Assembly (NCBI GenBank): GCA_020722305.1
Contig: DYLB01000001.1
Span: forward strand, 1,668 to 43,755
DNA: 42,088 nucleotides
From: Anaerolinea thermophila
Lineage (GTDB): Bacteria; Chloroflexota; Anaerolineae; Anaerolineales; Villigracilaceae
Reading direction: 5' to 3'
In this document: positions 18,731 to 27,134 of the stretch, piece by piece
Layout: each line of letters begins with the position of its first letter
How positions within the stretch are numbered: the stretch's first letter is position 1
Position numbers and translations under genes: made by a program
Notes under the pieces: model-generated
What the model saw: the letters and a program-made list of their open reading frames with translations, nothing else
Databases searched by the model: none
What the model was told of the DNA's origin: nothing

Positions 18731-19210
18731 ATGCAAAGGTCTAAATTCCTCATCGGCGGGGTCCTGATCCTCGTCGCGGTCGTCTTCTTGATTTTCACGT
18801 CTACATCGGCCAGCGCACAATATTTTATGACGATAGATGAACTGGCGGATGAAGGTCCGGCCGCGGTCGGACGCAGCCTGAAACTGTCCGGCGCGGTGAT
18901 CGGCGACACGATCCAGTACGACCCGCAGTCGCTCACCCTGACCTTCGAAGTGGCCCACGTCCCCGGCGATAATGCGGATATCGAAGCCCAGGGAGGGTTG
19001 GCCAAAGTCCTGCACGACGCGGTCGTTGACCCGAACCGCAACCGAATCCAGGTCGTTTTCGTGGGCCCCAAACCCGACCTGCTGCGTGACGAAGCCCAGG
19101 CCATTATGACCGGCAAACTTGGCGAGGACGGCATCTTCTACGCCGAGGAGCTTTTGCTCAAATGTCCCACCAAGTACGAGGAGGCCGTGCCCGACCAGGC
19201 CGGCAATTAG
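18731..19210 (+). CDS. ccmE: Cytochrome c maturation haem chaperone CcmE, CxxxY variant
   Basis: 159 aa with an N-terminal TM anchor and an OB-fold core (LKLSGAV...FVGPKPDLLRDEAQAIMTGKL). KCPTKY occupies the position of the canonical KHDENY. Confidence 0.9.
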   Translation: MQRSKFLIGGVLILVAVVFLIFTSTSASAQYFMTIDELADEGPAAVGRSLKLSGAVIGDTIQYDPQSLTLTFEVAHVPGDNADIEAQGGLAKVLHDAVVDPNRNRIQVVFVGPKPDLLRDEAQAIMTGKLGEDGIFYAEELLLKCPTKYEEAVPDQAGN

Positions 19211-19264
19211 CGCTTTGGCCTGACGGGTGATACCTGTCAGGTTTGGTGTCACAAGGAGAACCGC

Positions 19265-21490
19265 ATGATCGCAGATTTTGGTTTTGGCGTTTTAGTGGTA
19301 ACTTTTCTGATCACGCTTTACAGCGTGGGTGCTGCGCTATACGGCGAACTGGGGAAAAAACCGGCCTTCGTGGAGAGCGCCCGCCGCGCCCAACTCTTGA
19401 CCTTTCCCCTCATCACGGTTTCAGCGCTGGCTCTCATCTACCTATTGGTCAATAACGACTTCGAAATCGAATACGTTTACTCGGTCACCAGCCGGAGCAT
19501 GCCGTTCTATCTCAAAGTGACCGCCCTGTGGGGCGGGCAGCCCGGTTCGCTCCTGTTCTGGGGCTGGCTGCTCTCGGCTTTCACCTCCGCCGTCACCCTG
19601 CGCAAATGGGACCGCGACCGCGAGTTCCTGCCCTGGGTGATCATCGTCTCGTCCGTCACGCTGGCCTTCTTCCTCTCGATGAACGTCTTCTTCGAGAACC
19701 CCTTCGCCAGGATGTTCTGGAACTCGGCCGGCGAATTCACCCGGGCCATGTTCCTGCCCGCCGGCGGGACCCCGGTCCCGCTCCAGGCGGACGGCCGCGG
19801 CCTGAACCCGCTGCTGCGGCATCCGGGGATGATCATCCACCCGCCGATGCTCTACCTCGGCTTCGTCTCCTACGTGATCCCGTTTGCTTTCGCCATCGCG
19901 GCCCTCGTCACCGGGCGCAGCGACGACCGTTGGATCCGCCTGACCCGGCGCTGGTCGCTTTGGGCCTGGCTGTTCCTGTCCTTCGGCCTGCTGCTCGGCG
20001 GGCGCTGGGCCTACGACGTGCTCGGCTGGGGCGGCTACTGGGGCTGGGACCCGGTCGAGATCGCGGCTTTCATGCCCTGGCTGACCGGCACGGCCTTCCT
20101 GCACTCGGTCATGATCCAGGAAAAGCGCGGCATGTTGAAGCAATGGAACATGATCCTGATCATCCTGACCTACTCGCTGGTCATCTTCGGCACCTTCCTG
20201 ACCCGCTCCGGCGTGCTCTCCTCGGTTCACGCCTTTGCCCAGAGCGCCGTCGGCCCGATGTTCTTCTCCTTCATCGGCGTGACCTTCATAACGTCCATGG
20301 CGCTGCTCTTCTGGCGCTGGAGCGAGCTGCGGGCCGAGACCGAGATGAAGTCCATGCTGTCGCGCGAGGCGCTCTTCCTGCTCAACAACCTGCTCTTCAT
20401 CAGCGTGCTGATCGTGTGCTTCAGCGGCGTGATCTCCCCGTTGATCTCAGAGCTGGCCACCGGCCAAAAGATCACCGTCGGCCCGCCGTTCTACGAAAGG
20501 GCCAACGCGCCTCTCTTCGCCATCCTGATGCTCCTGATGGGGATCGCCCCGCTCTCGGCCTGGGGACTGACCTCGGCTGAAAACATGGGACGGATCAACA
20601 AGCCCGTCCTCGGCGGCATCCTGGCTGTTCCTGTAGTCCTGTTCGGTATTTTTTGGAATCAAGTCAACACGGCCCTGGGCGGCCTGACCATTACCGTGAT
20701 CGTCCTGGCAGTGATCCTGATCATCCTGGGATTCATCTACATGTTCCGGCGCGCCGTCTGGCAGGCGGCCGTCGTCGCCACGCTGGTGACCGCCCTGGCC
20801 GCCTTCACTTACACCCACGACATCATCGCCCTGACCGGGTTCTTCCTGATTGCGCTGACCCTGGCGGCCACCCTGCGCGAGTTCTGGCGCGCCACCCGCG
20901 CCCGCCAGCACACCCGGCAGGAGAATTTCTTCACCGCCCTGTGGCGGCTCGTCGGGCGCAACCGGCGGCGCTATGGCGGCTACCTGATCCACATCAGCAT
21001 GATGCTGATGGCAATCGGCATCCTCGGCATCGAAATCTTCCAGATGGAAACGCAAGGCACCCTGGAAATCGGCCAATCGTTGACCCTCGGTAATTACAAT
21101 ATCGAATACAAAGAAGTCGCCAACTGGGACGACCTGCCCAAAGGCGTCAACTACACCCGCGCCGTCGTCTCTGTGACCGAAAACGGCCAATACCTGGGCG
21201 ACCTGACCCCGCGCAAGGATTACTACTACGACTCACAGCAGGGCATGACTATCCCCGGCCAGTACTCGACTCTCAAGGATGACTTGTACGTGCTGCTGGT
21301 GGACTGGGAACCCATTTCACAGACCGGCGCGACCCTCAAAATTTACGTCAACCCCCTGGTCAACTGGCTGTGGATCGGCGGCCTGATCTTTTTCGTGGGC
21401 ATCATCATCGCCGCCTGGCCCGACAAGGACCCCGCCCTCGCCCCGGTGCACGCCGCCAAACGCGTCCCCCAGACCAGCGCCGCAGATTAA
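19265..21490 (+). CDS. ccmF: Cytochrome c haem lyase subunit CcmF
   Basis: 741 aa and polytopic. It has WGGQPGSLLFWGWLL and the WWD-type motif WGGYWGWDPVE. Confidence 0.95.
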   Translation: MIADFGFGVLVVTFLITLYSVGAALYGELGKKPAFVESARRAQLLTFPLITVSALALIYLLVNNDFEIEYVYSVTSRSMPFYLKVTALWGGQPGSLLFWGWLLSAFTSAVTLRKWDRDREFLPWVIIVSSVTLAFFLSMNVFFENPFARMFWNSAGEFTRAMFLPAGGTPVPLQADGRGLNPLLRHPGMIIHPPMLYLGFVSYVIPFAFAIAALVTGRSDDRWIRLTRRWSLWAWLFLSFGLLLGGRWAYDVLGWGGYWGWDPVEIAAFMPWLTGTAFLHSVMIQEKRGMLKQWNMILIILTYSLVIFGTFLTRSGVLSSVHAFAQSAVGPMFFSFIGVTFITSMALLFWRWSELRAETEMKSMLSREALFLLNNLLFISVLIVCFSGVISPLISELATGQKITVGPPFYERANAPLFAILMLLMGIAPLSAWGLTSAENMGRINKPVLGGILAVPVVLFGIFWNQVNTALGGLTITVIVLAVILIILGFIYMFRRAVWQAAVVATLVTALAAFTYTHDIIALTGFFLIALTLAATLREFWRATRARQHTRQENFFTALWRLVGRNRRRYGGYLIHISMMLMAIGILGIEIFQMETQGTLEIGQSLTLGNYNIEYKEVANWDDLPKGVNYTRAVVSVTENGQYLGDLTPRKDYYYDSQQGMTIPGQYSTLKDDLYVLLVDWEPISQTGATLKIYVNPLVNWLWIGGLIFFVGIIIAAWPDKDPALAPVHAAKRVPQTSAAD

Positions 21491-21510
21491 ACATTGTGTC
21501 ATGAGTTTTT

Positions 21511-21697
21511 CGTAACGCGGCATTCATGCCGCAACCAAACGTACCGCCGACCTGCCGTCGGCCCTGCCAGGCAGAGCCTGGCGCTACGATTGCCAGTACC
21601 GCCGACCTGCCGTCGGCCCCACCAGGCAGAGCCTGGCGCTACGATTGCCGGATAAGATTTGCGCGTTCAGTACAAATGTCGCGCGGTAATACTGTAA
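21511..21697. repeat. Modular hairpin-rich intergenic repeat, copy C (ccmF-ccmH spacer), with an internal 55-bp tandem duplication
   Basis: The 55-bp units are 21541-21595 and 21596-21650 (GTACCGCCGACCTGCCGTCGGCCC..CCAGGCAGAGCCTGGCGCTACGATTGCC). Module 1 is collapsed to GCGGCATTCATGCCGC. Confidence 0.9.
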
Positions 21698-21709
21698 CAA
21701 GGAGCCAAC

Positions 21710-22216
21710 GTGACGACCCACAAAGGACTACGCATTACGCACTACGCCCTACTGCTGGCGCTCATGCTCGCGGGACTTTTGACGGCTTCCGTTTCGGCGC
21801 AGGGTCCCACCCCCACCGACGACGAGGTCAACGCCATCGCCAAGCAGCTCTTCTGCCCGGTCTGCGAGAACACCCCGCTCGACGTCTGCCCGACCGAAGC
21901 CTGCCGCCAGTGGCGCGACCTCATCCGCCTGAAGCTGGCCGAGGGCTGGACCGAGGACCAGATCAAACAGTATTTTGTGGACAACTACGGTGCGCGGGTG
22001 CTCTCCGAGCCGCCGCGCACCGGTTTCAACTGGCTGGTTTACATCGTCCCGCCGGTGCTGATCGGCATCGGGGCATTGATCTTGTTCACGGCGTTCCGCT
22101 CCTGGCGCAGGCTGGACGCCGAATTGGCGGAAGCAGATGCCGGGTCCGGGAAGGAAGAAGCCTCCAACGACGAGTACGTCGCCCGCCTGGAAGAGGAATT
22201 GCGCCAGCGAGACTAG
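21710..22216 (+). CDS. ccmH: Cytochrome c maturation protein CcmH (CxxC thiol-redox subunit)
   Basis: GTG start after AAGGAG, then a signal peptide. It has LFCPVCENTPLDVC...QIKQYFVDNYGARVLSEPP followed by a TM helix. Confidence 0.88.
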   Translation: MTTHKGLRITHYALLLALMLAGLLTASVSAQGPTPTDDEVNAIAKQLFCPVCENTPLDVCPTEACRQWRDLIRLKLAEGWTEDQIKQYFVDNYGARVLSEPPRTGFNWLVYIVPPVLIGIGALILFTAFRSWRRLDAELAEADAGSGKEEASNDEYVARLEEELRQRD

Positions 22217-22351
22217 GAACACCCCATCCAGAGAGGCACGAAGACAGGAAAGCTGAGAACCGGAATTCAACGTCACCCGGCGTTGGGGCAAAGTCAGGAG
22301 ACTTTGAACTCCATGGGCCATTTTGCGGAAATCCAAACTGGAGCTATACGC

Positions 22352-22927
22352 ATGACCGAAAACATTCAAGAAACCAAACACGGCGTCCCCGTCTGGACCC
22401 AGGTGCTGGTCTGGGGCCTATTGCTGGGCCTGCTCGGACTGGTCGCGGCGGGTATGATCCGCACCAAGGAAGGGCCCATCCGCCCCGGCGATGAGGTCCG
22501 TAATTTCACCATGCCCCTTTTCAGCGGTTACACCTTCGACGGGCAGCCCGAAATATCCCTGGCCGATCAGCGCGGCAAAGTGGTGGTGCTCAACTTCTGG
22601 GCCTCGTGGTGTAAACCCTGCGAACAGGAAGCCGCCGACCTGGAAGCAGCCTGGCGCTATTACAAAGACGGCGGCAAGGTGATCTTCATCGGGGCCGATT
22701 ACGTGGACACCGAACCGGAAGCCCGTGCCTACCTGAAAAAATTCGACATCACCTACCCCAACGGGCCAGACATGGGCACCCGCATCTCGCAGATGTTCCG
22801 CATCGCTGGCGTGCCTGAAACCTACTTCATAGATCAGGAAGGCGTGCTCCGTCACGTGCAGGTCGGGCCGTTCACCTCGACCGAACAGATCATCCAACAG
22901 GTTGACACCCTCCTGCAAGCCCCGTAA
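22352..22927 (+). CDS. ccmG: Thiol:disulfide oxidoreductase CcmG/DsbE (TlpA/ResA-like thioredoxin)
   Basis: It has an N-terminal TM anchor, VVVLNFWASWCKPCEQE (CxxC) and GVPETYFID. Confidence 0.88.
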   Translation: MTENIQETKHGVPVWTQVLVWGLLLGLLGLVAAGMIRTKEGPIRPGDEVRNFTMPLFSGYTFDGQPEISLADQRGKVVVLNFWASWCKPCEQEAADLEAAWRYYKDGGKVIFIGADYVDTEPEARAYLKKFDITYPNGPDMGTRISQMFRIAGVPETYFIDQEGVLRHVQVGPFTSTEQIIQQVDTLLQAP

Positions 22928-22939
22928 GGACCCACGCTC

Positions 22940-23473
22940 ATGGACATTGGCGCACTCTTGTTGCTTCTCGCACTCCTGATCTTGATCTTCCTCTACCTTG
23001 CCGCACCGATGCAGCAATCAGGCGGACAGCGCAGGCAGGCCACCTCAGCCGAAGAACACGAACTTTCCTCCCTGCTGGCCGAGCGGGACCGGCTGCTCAA
23101 CGCCTTGCAGGAACTCGATTTCGACCACGTCTTGGGCAAGATTCCCGCCGAGGATTACCCTGCCCAGCGCGCCGAACTGCTCAAACACGGCGCAGACGTG
23201 TTGCGCCAGATAGATGCCCACCGCGGCCTCAAGGACCAGCCCGAGGCCGAAGACCGGGTCGAGGCAGCCATCGCCGCCCGACGGGCCGACGCAGCCGTCC
23301 AGACTGTGAGCGGCGAAAATCCCGATCTCTTGAACGACGACGACCTCGAATCGCTGATCGCCTCCCGGCGCTCCGACCGCAAGGACAAATCCGGCGGGTT
23401 CTGCCCGCACTGCGGCAAGCCTGTCCTGCGCTCCGACCGCTTCTGCCCCAACTGCGGCAAATCCATCAAATAA
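22940..23473 (+). CDS. Single-pass membrane protein with a cytoplasmic helical region and C-terminal zinc ribbon
   Basis: 177 aa. The N-terminal TM helix is [23 protein letters not shown]. It then has LQELDFDHVLGKIPAEDYPAQRAELL and ends with CPHCGKPVLRSDRFCPNCG. Confidence 0.8.
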   Translation: MDIGALLLLLALLILIFLYLAAPMQQSGGQRRQATSAEEHELSSLLAERDRLLNALQELDFDHVLGKIPAEDYPAQRAELLKHGADVLRQIDAHRGLKDQPEAEDRVEAAIAARRADAAVQTVSGENPDLLNDDDLESLIASRRSDRKDKSGGFCPHCGKPVLRSDRFCPNCGKSIK

Positions 23474-23483
23474 GGCTTCATTC

Positions 23484-25520
23484 ATGAAATTCCGCACCCT
23501 CGTTTTGCTGACACTGACCGGCCTGGCGCTGGCTGCCTGCACCTTCACCCTGGCAGAAGATGTCACCCCCCCGCCCGATTACCGATCCCCGACGCCGCCG
23601 CCCACCGTCGGCCCGCTCTTCCCGGCCGCTGCGCCGGACCTGGCAGTCGGCGAATCGATTTACGTCGAAAAATGCCTTCCCTGTCACGGTGAAAAAGGCT
23701 TCGGCGACGGCCCTCAGAACCAGCAATTACCCGTCTCGGTTGCGCCAATCGGCATGGCCGATACCGTCCGGGCGGTGGCCCCGGCGGAGTGGTACCTGGT
23801 GGTCACGCGCGGCAACATCGAGCGCTTCATGCCGCCCTTCGCCAGCCTGACCGAACAGGAACGCTGGGACGTGATCGGCTACGTCTACAATCTGAGCATC
23901 GAACCGTCCGACAGGGAAATCGGCGCGGCGCTCTACGCTGAAAATTGCGCCGAGTGCCACGGCGCTAACGGCGAAGGCGGCGAAGCCGGCCCCCTGACCG
24001 ACCAGACCTACATGGCCAAAGCCTCCAACCAGGACATTTACCTGGCAATCACCACCGGTGTGGGCGACAAGATGAAAGGTTTCAGCGACAAAATCGCCGA
24101 AGCGGAGCGCTGGGCGCTGGCCGCCTATGTGCGCAGCCTGTCTTTCGCCAGCGGACAAGTGGCGGAGGCTGCCCCGAGTCCCACCTCGACGCCGGAGCCG
24201 GCCACCGCTACCGCGGCGTTGGAACCCTCCCCGACCGCTGCCACCGAATCCACGCCCGGTGAGACGGGGACTCCCACCTCCGCAGAGACCCCGGCAGCCG
24301 AAACGGCCCTCCCATCCGAAAGCCCCACGCCCGAAAGCCAGCCCACGGAAGAACCCACAGCCGAGGCGACGCCTACAAACGGCGAACAGGCCGCAAAGTC
24401 CGGCACGCTGACCGGGACCGTGACCAATGGCTCGGGTGGGAGCCTCCCCGAAGGCCTGACCGTCACCCTGCACGGTTACGATCCCGATATGGCCTCCGGC
24501 AATTTCTCCGAGACCGTCACCCAGGAAATTCCCGTCAACCCGGACGGTTCGTTTGCCGTGGAGAATATCGAATTGTTGCTCAACCGGGCCTTCGTGGCCT
24601 CGGTCAACGTTTATGAGGTGGATTACAGTTCCGAGCCGGTCTTCGTGGACGAGACGCTGCTCCAATCGGGCAGCGCCCCGGTCGAAATCAAACTGCCGGT
24701 CACCATCTACGAGACCTCCAGCGACGCTGCGGCCCTGAGCGTTGACCGGCTACACATCTTCCTGGATTTCGGCACGCAGGGCATGGTCCAGGTCGTCGAG
24801 GTCTACATCATCTCCAACCCGACGACCAAAGCTGTCGTGCCGGCCGCGCCCGGTCAGCCTTCGGTGGTGTTCGACCTGCCCGAAGGCGCAGCCAACCTGC
24901 AATTCGAAGTCGGCGGGATCGGGGACCCCTACGTCCTGACCGACGGCGGCTTCGGCGACCTGACGCCGGTGCTGCCCAGCGCGGGCGAGCACCAGGTGGT
25001 GGTCAATTTCAGCCTGCCCTACGACGAATCGCTCGATTTCGCCCAGACGATGACCCTGCCCACCAACGCGGTGGTCGTCCTGTCGCCCGAAGGCACGCTC
25101 GTCACCGGCGATTTGCTCACTCCCGGCGAATCGCGTGATTTCCAGGGCACGGCTTTCACGCTCTACAACGCCGGGGCGATTGCCGCGGGTGGCGAGTTCA
25201 GAATGTCCGTTTCGGGGATGCCCAAAGCCGCCACGACGACCAGTACTGCGACCGGCAGCACCAGCCGCAGCCTGTTGATCGGCGCCGGCGGGCTTGGCGT
25301 GACGCTGATCCTGCTCGGCGTTTACCTGTTCTGGCGTGACCGGCAGGCAGGCCCCCGCACCGACGATGACGAGGAGTCGGAAGCCGCCATCGAAACCGCC
25401 CAGGACGCCCTGGACGCCATCATCGCCCTGGACGACCAGTTCCGGGCTGGGACCATTTCGGAAGAAAATTACAGACACCGCCGCAGCGAACTCAAAGCGC
25501 GCCTGAAAGAATTGTTGTAA
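23484..25520 (+). CDS. Dihaem c-type cytochrome lipoprotein fused to a P/T/E-rich linker, beta-rich ectodomain and C-terminal TM anchor
   Basis: The lipobox is LALAAC (Cys19). The two CxxCH motifs are CLPCH at 23673-23687 and CAECH at 23946-23960. The TM helix is LLIGAGGLGVTLILLGVYLFW, and the cytoplasmic tail is ALDDQFRAGTISEENYRHRRSELKARL. Confidence 0.85.
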   Translation: MKFRTLVLLTLTGLALAACTFTLAEDVTPPPDYRSPTPPPTVGPLFPAAAPDLAVGESIYVEKCLPCHGEKGFGDGPQNQQLPVSVAPIGMADTVRAVAPAEWYLVVTRGNIERFMPPFASLTEQERWDVIGYVYNLSIEPSDREIGAALYAENCAECHGANGEGGEAGPLTDQTYMAKASNQDIYLAITTGVGDKMKGFSDKIAEAERWALAAYVRSLSFASGQVAEAAPSPTSTPEPATATAALEPSPTAATESTPGETGTPTSAETPAAETALPSESPTPESQPTEEPTAEATPTNGEQAAKSGTLTGTVTNGSGGSLPEGLTVTLHGYDPDMASGNFSETVTQEIPVNPDGSFAVENIELLLNRAFVASVNVYEVDYSSEPVFVDETLLQSGSAPVEIKLPVTIYETSSDAAALSVDRLHIFLDFGTQGMVQVVEVYIISNPTTKAVVPAAPGQPSVVFDLPEGAANLQFEVGGIGDPYVLTDGGFGDLTPVLPSAGEHQVVVNFSLPYDESLDFAQTMTLPTNAVVVLSPEGTLVTGDLLTPGESRDFQGTAFTLYNAGAIAAGGEFRMSVSGMPKAATTTSTATGSTSRSLLIGAGGLGVTLILLGVYLFWRDRQAGPRTDDDEESEAAIETAQDALDAIIALDDQFRAGTISEENYRHRRSELKARLKELL

Positions 25521-25533
25521 TTTCCACTTTGCC

Positions 25534-26232
25534 ATGATCGAAGTCCGCAAACTCGTCAAACGCTTTGGCCTGAAAACCGTCCTGCGCGGCCTGGATTTCG
25601 ACGTCCAGCCCGGCGAATTCGTGGCCCTGCTTGGTCCCAACGGGGCGGGCAAGACTACCTTCCTGCGCATCCTGTCATCGCTGGCGCGCCCCTCGCTGGG
25701 AGAAGTGAAGATCGCCGGGTATAGGCTCCCTGGCCAGGCCGCGGCCGTGCGCGCCCGGCTGGGCGTCGTCTCGCACATGCCGCTGCTCTACGCCGACCTG
25801 ACCGCCGAGGAGAATCTGCGTTTCTACGCCCGGCTCTACGGCCTGCAAAACCCGGAACCCCGCATCGCCGAAGTCCTCGAAATGGTCGGGTTGGAGGGCC
25901 GCCGCAAGGACCTCGTCCGCACCTATTCACGCGGGATGCAGCAACGGCTGGCCATCGGCCGCGCCGTGCTCCACGACCCAGACGTGATGCTCTTCGACGA
26001 ACCCTACACCGGCCTCGACCAGGACGCCTCCACCATGCTGGACATCGTCCTCAAATCGGTTGCCAGCCAGGGCCGCACGGTGGTGATGACCTCTCACGAC
26101 CTGGCCCGGGCCGAAGACCTGGCCACCCGCTTCGACGTCCTCTCGCACGGCGTAATCACGGCCTCCACCTCCCGCGAAGGCCTGGGCAGCAGCAACGTCC
26201 TGACCTTCTACAAGCAGTCGCTCGATGCGTAA
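25534..26232 (+). CDS. ccmA: Haem ABC exporter ATP-binding protein CcmA
   Basis: It has Walker A GPNGAGKTT, the signature YSRGMQQRLAI and Walker B MLFDEP. It is followed by ccmB and ccmC. Confidence 0.9.
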   Translation: MIEVRKLVKRFGLKTVLRGLDFDVQPGEFVALLGPNGAGKTTFLRILSSLARPSLGEVKIAGYRLPGQAAAVRARLGVVSHMPLLYADLTAEENLRFYARLYGLQNPEPRIAEVLEMVGLEGRRKDLVRTYSRGMQQRLAIGRAVLHDPDVMLFDEPYTGLDQDASTMLDIVLKSVASQGRTVVMTSHDLARAEDLATRFDVLSHGVITASTSREGLGSSNVLTFYKQSLDA

Positions 26233-27013
26233 AACCCGACCGCAGATTACGAAACAAATAACGGAACACGCCCCACGCAACACTCCACCCAAAACGCACC
26301 TTGAAAAACCCGCTTCGATGAACTCACCCTCCCTCGCCCGCTCCTCCTTCGTCAAAGCCGTTGCCGCCATCGTGCAAAAAGACCTGGCTGCCGAATATCG
26401 TTCACGCGAACTGCTCTCGTCCATGATGGTCTTTGCCCTGCTGGTCATTTTCATTTTCAACTACGCCCTCAACCTGGAACCGAGCGTGCGCGCCAAAGTC
26501 ACCGCCGGGGTGCTGTGGGTCACATTCGTCTTCGCCGGGACCATTGGCCTGAACCGCTCGATGGCCGTCGAAAAAGACCGCGGCTGCCTCGACGGCTTGC
26601 TGCTCGCCCCGGTGGACCGCACGGCCATCTTCTTCGGCAAGGTCATCAGCACCCTGATCTTCATGCTGCTGGTCGAAGTCATTATGCTGCCGTTCTACGG
26701 CCTGTTCTACAACGTCAACCTGTTCAACCCCGGACTGCTGCTGGTCATGCTGCTCGGCTCGATCGGATACGTGGTGGTCGGCACCCTGCTCTCCAGCATG
26801 GCCGTCCAGACCCGGACGCGGGATATCCTGCTGCCGATCATCCTCTTCCCGATCATCATCCCAATCCTGCTCTCCGCTCTGGACGCCAGCAACGGCTTCC
26901 TGAACCACCTCGAATTCGACCTGATCCAACCGGCCCTCGGCCTGCTGGTCGCCCTGGACGTCATCTTTACCGCCGTCTCTTTTATGGTTTTCGATTATGT
27001 TGTAGAGGAGTAG
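26225..27013 (+). CDS. ccmB: Haem exporter membrane protein CcmB (alternative start at 26318)
   Basis: It has a polytopic CcmB-like core (LNRSMAVEKDRGCLDGLLLAP). The ATG at 26225 overlaps the ccmA stop. The ATG at 26318 gives a more typical 231-aa product. Confidence 0.88.
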   Translation: MRKTRPQITKQITEHAPRNTPPKTHLEKPASMNSPSLARSSFVKAVAAIVQKDLAAEYRSRELLSSMMVFALLVIFIFNYALNLEPSVRAKVTAGVLWVTFVFAGTIGLNRSMAVEKDRGCLDGLLLAPVDRTAIFFGKVISTLIFMLLVEVIMLPFYGLFYNVNLFNPGLLLVMLLGSIGYVVVGTLLSSMAVQTRTRDILLPIILFPIIIPILLSALDASNGFLNHLEFDLIQPALGLLVALDVIFTAVSFMVFDYVVEE

Positions 27014-27123
27014 AGAACAGAGAGTTGTAGAAGAATGGAGAGCAGAGAGTAGAAATTAGTCCCTACTCCCTACTCTCTACTCTCTTCTCTACTCTCTACT
27101 CCCTACTCTCTTCTCTCTACTAG
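27004..27123. repeat. Inverted pair of degenerate heptamer arrays: a purine-rich arm, then a pyrimidine-rich arm (CTACTCY)n
   Basis: 27004-27059 reads GAGTAGA GAACAGA GAGTTGT AGAAGAA TGGAGAG CAGAGAG TAGAAAT. 27060-27123 reads CCCTACT CCCTACT CTCTACT ... The arms are largely complementary. Confidence 0.85.
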
Positions 27124-27134
27124 CAAGGAGTCTT

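Noticed and set aside
18207-18767. Three overlapping ORFs (76, 97 and 95 aa) in the spacer upstream of ccmE
   Set aside because: They read through the hairpin-repeat modules that recur at 14823 and 21511 in non-coding contexts. They have no RBS and no recognisable motifs.
21526-22494. A 322-aa ORF spanning the ccmF-ccmH spacer and ccmH
   Set aside because: It starts inside repeat copy C, is out of frame with the well-supported ccmH, and is Arg/Pro-rich with no motifs.
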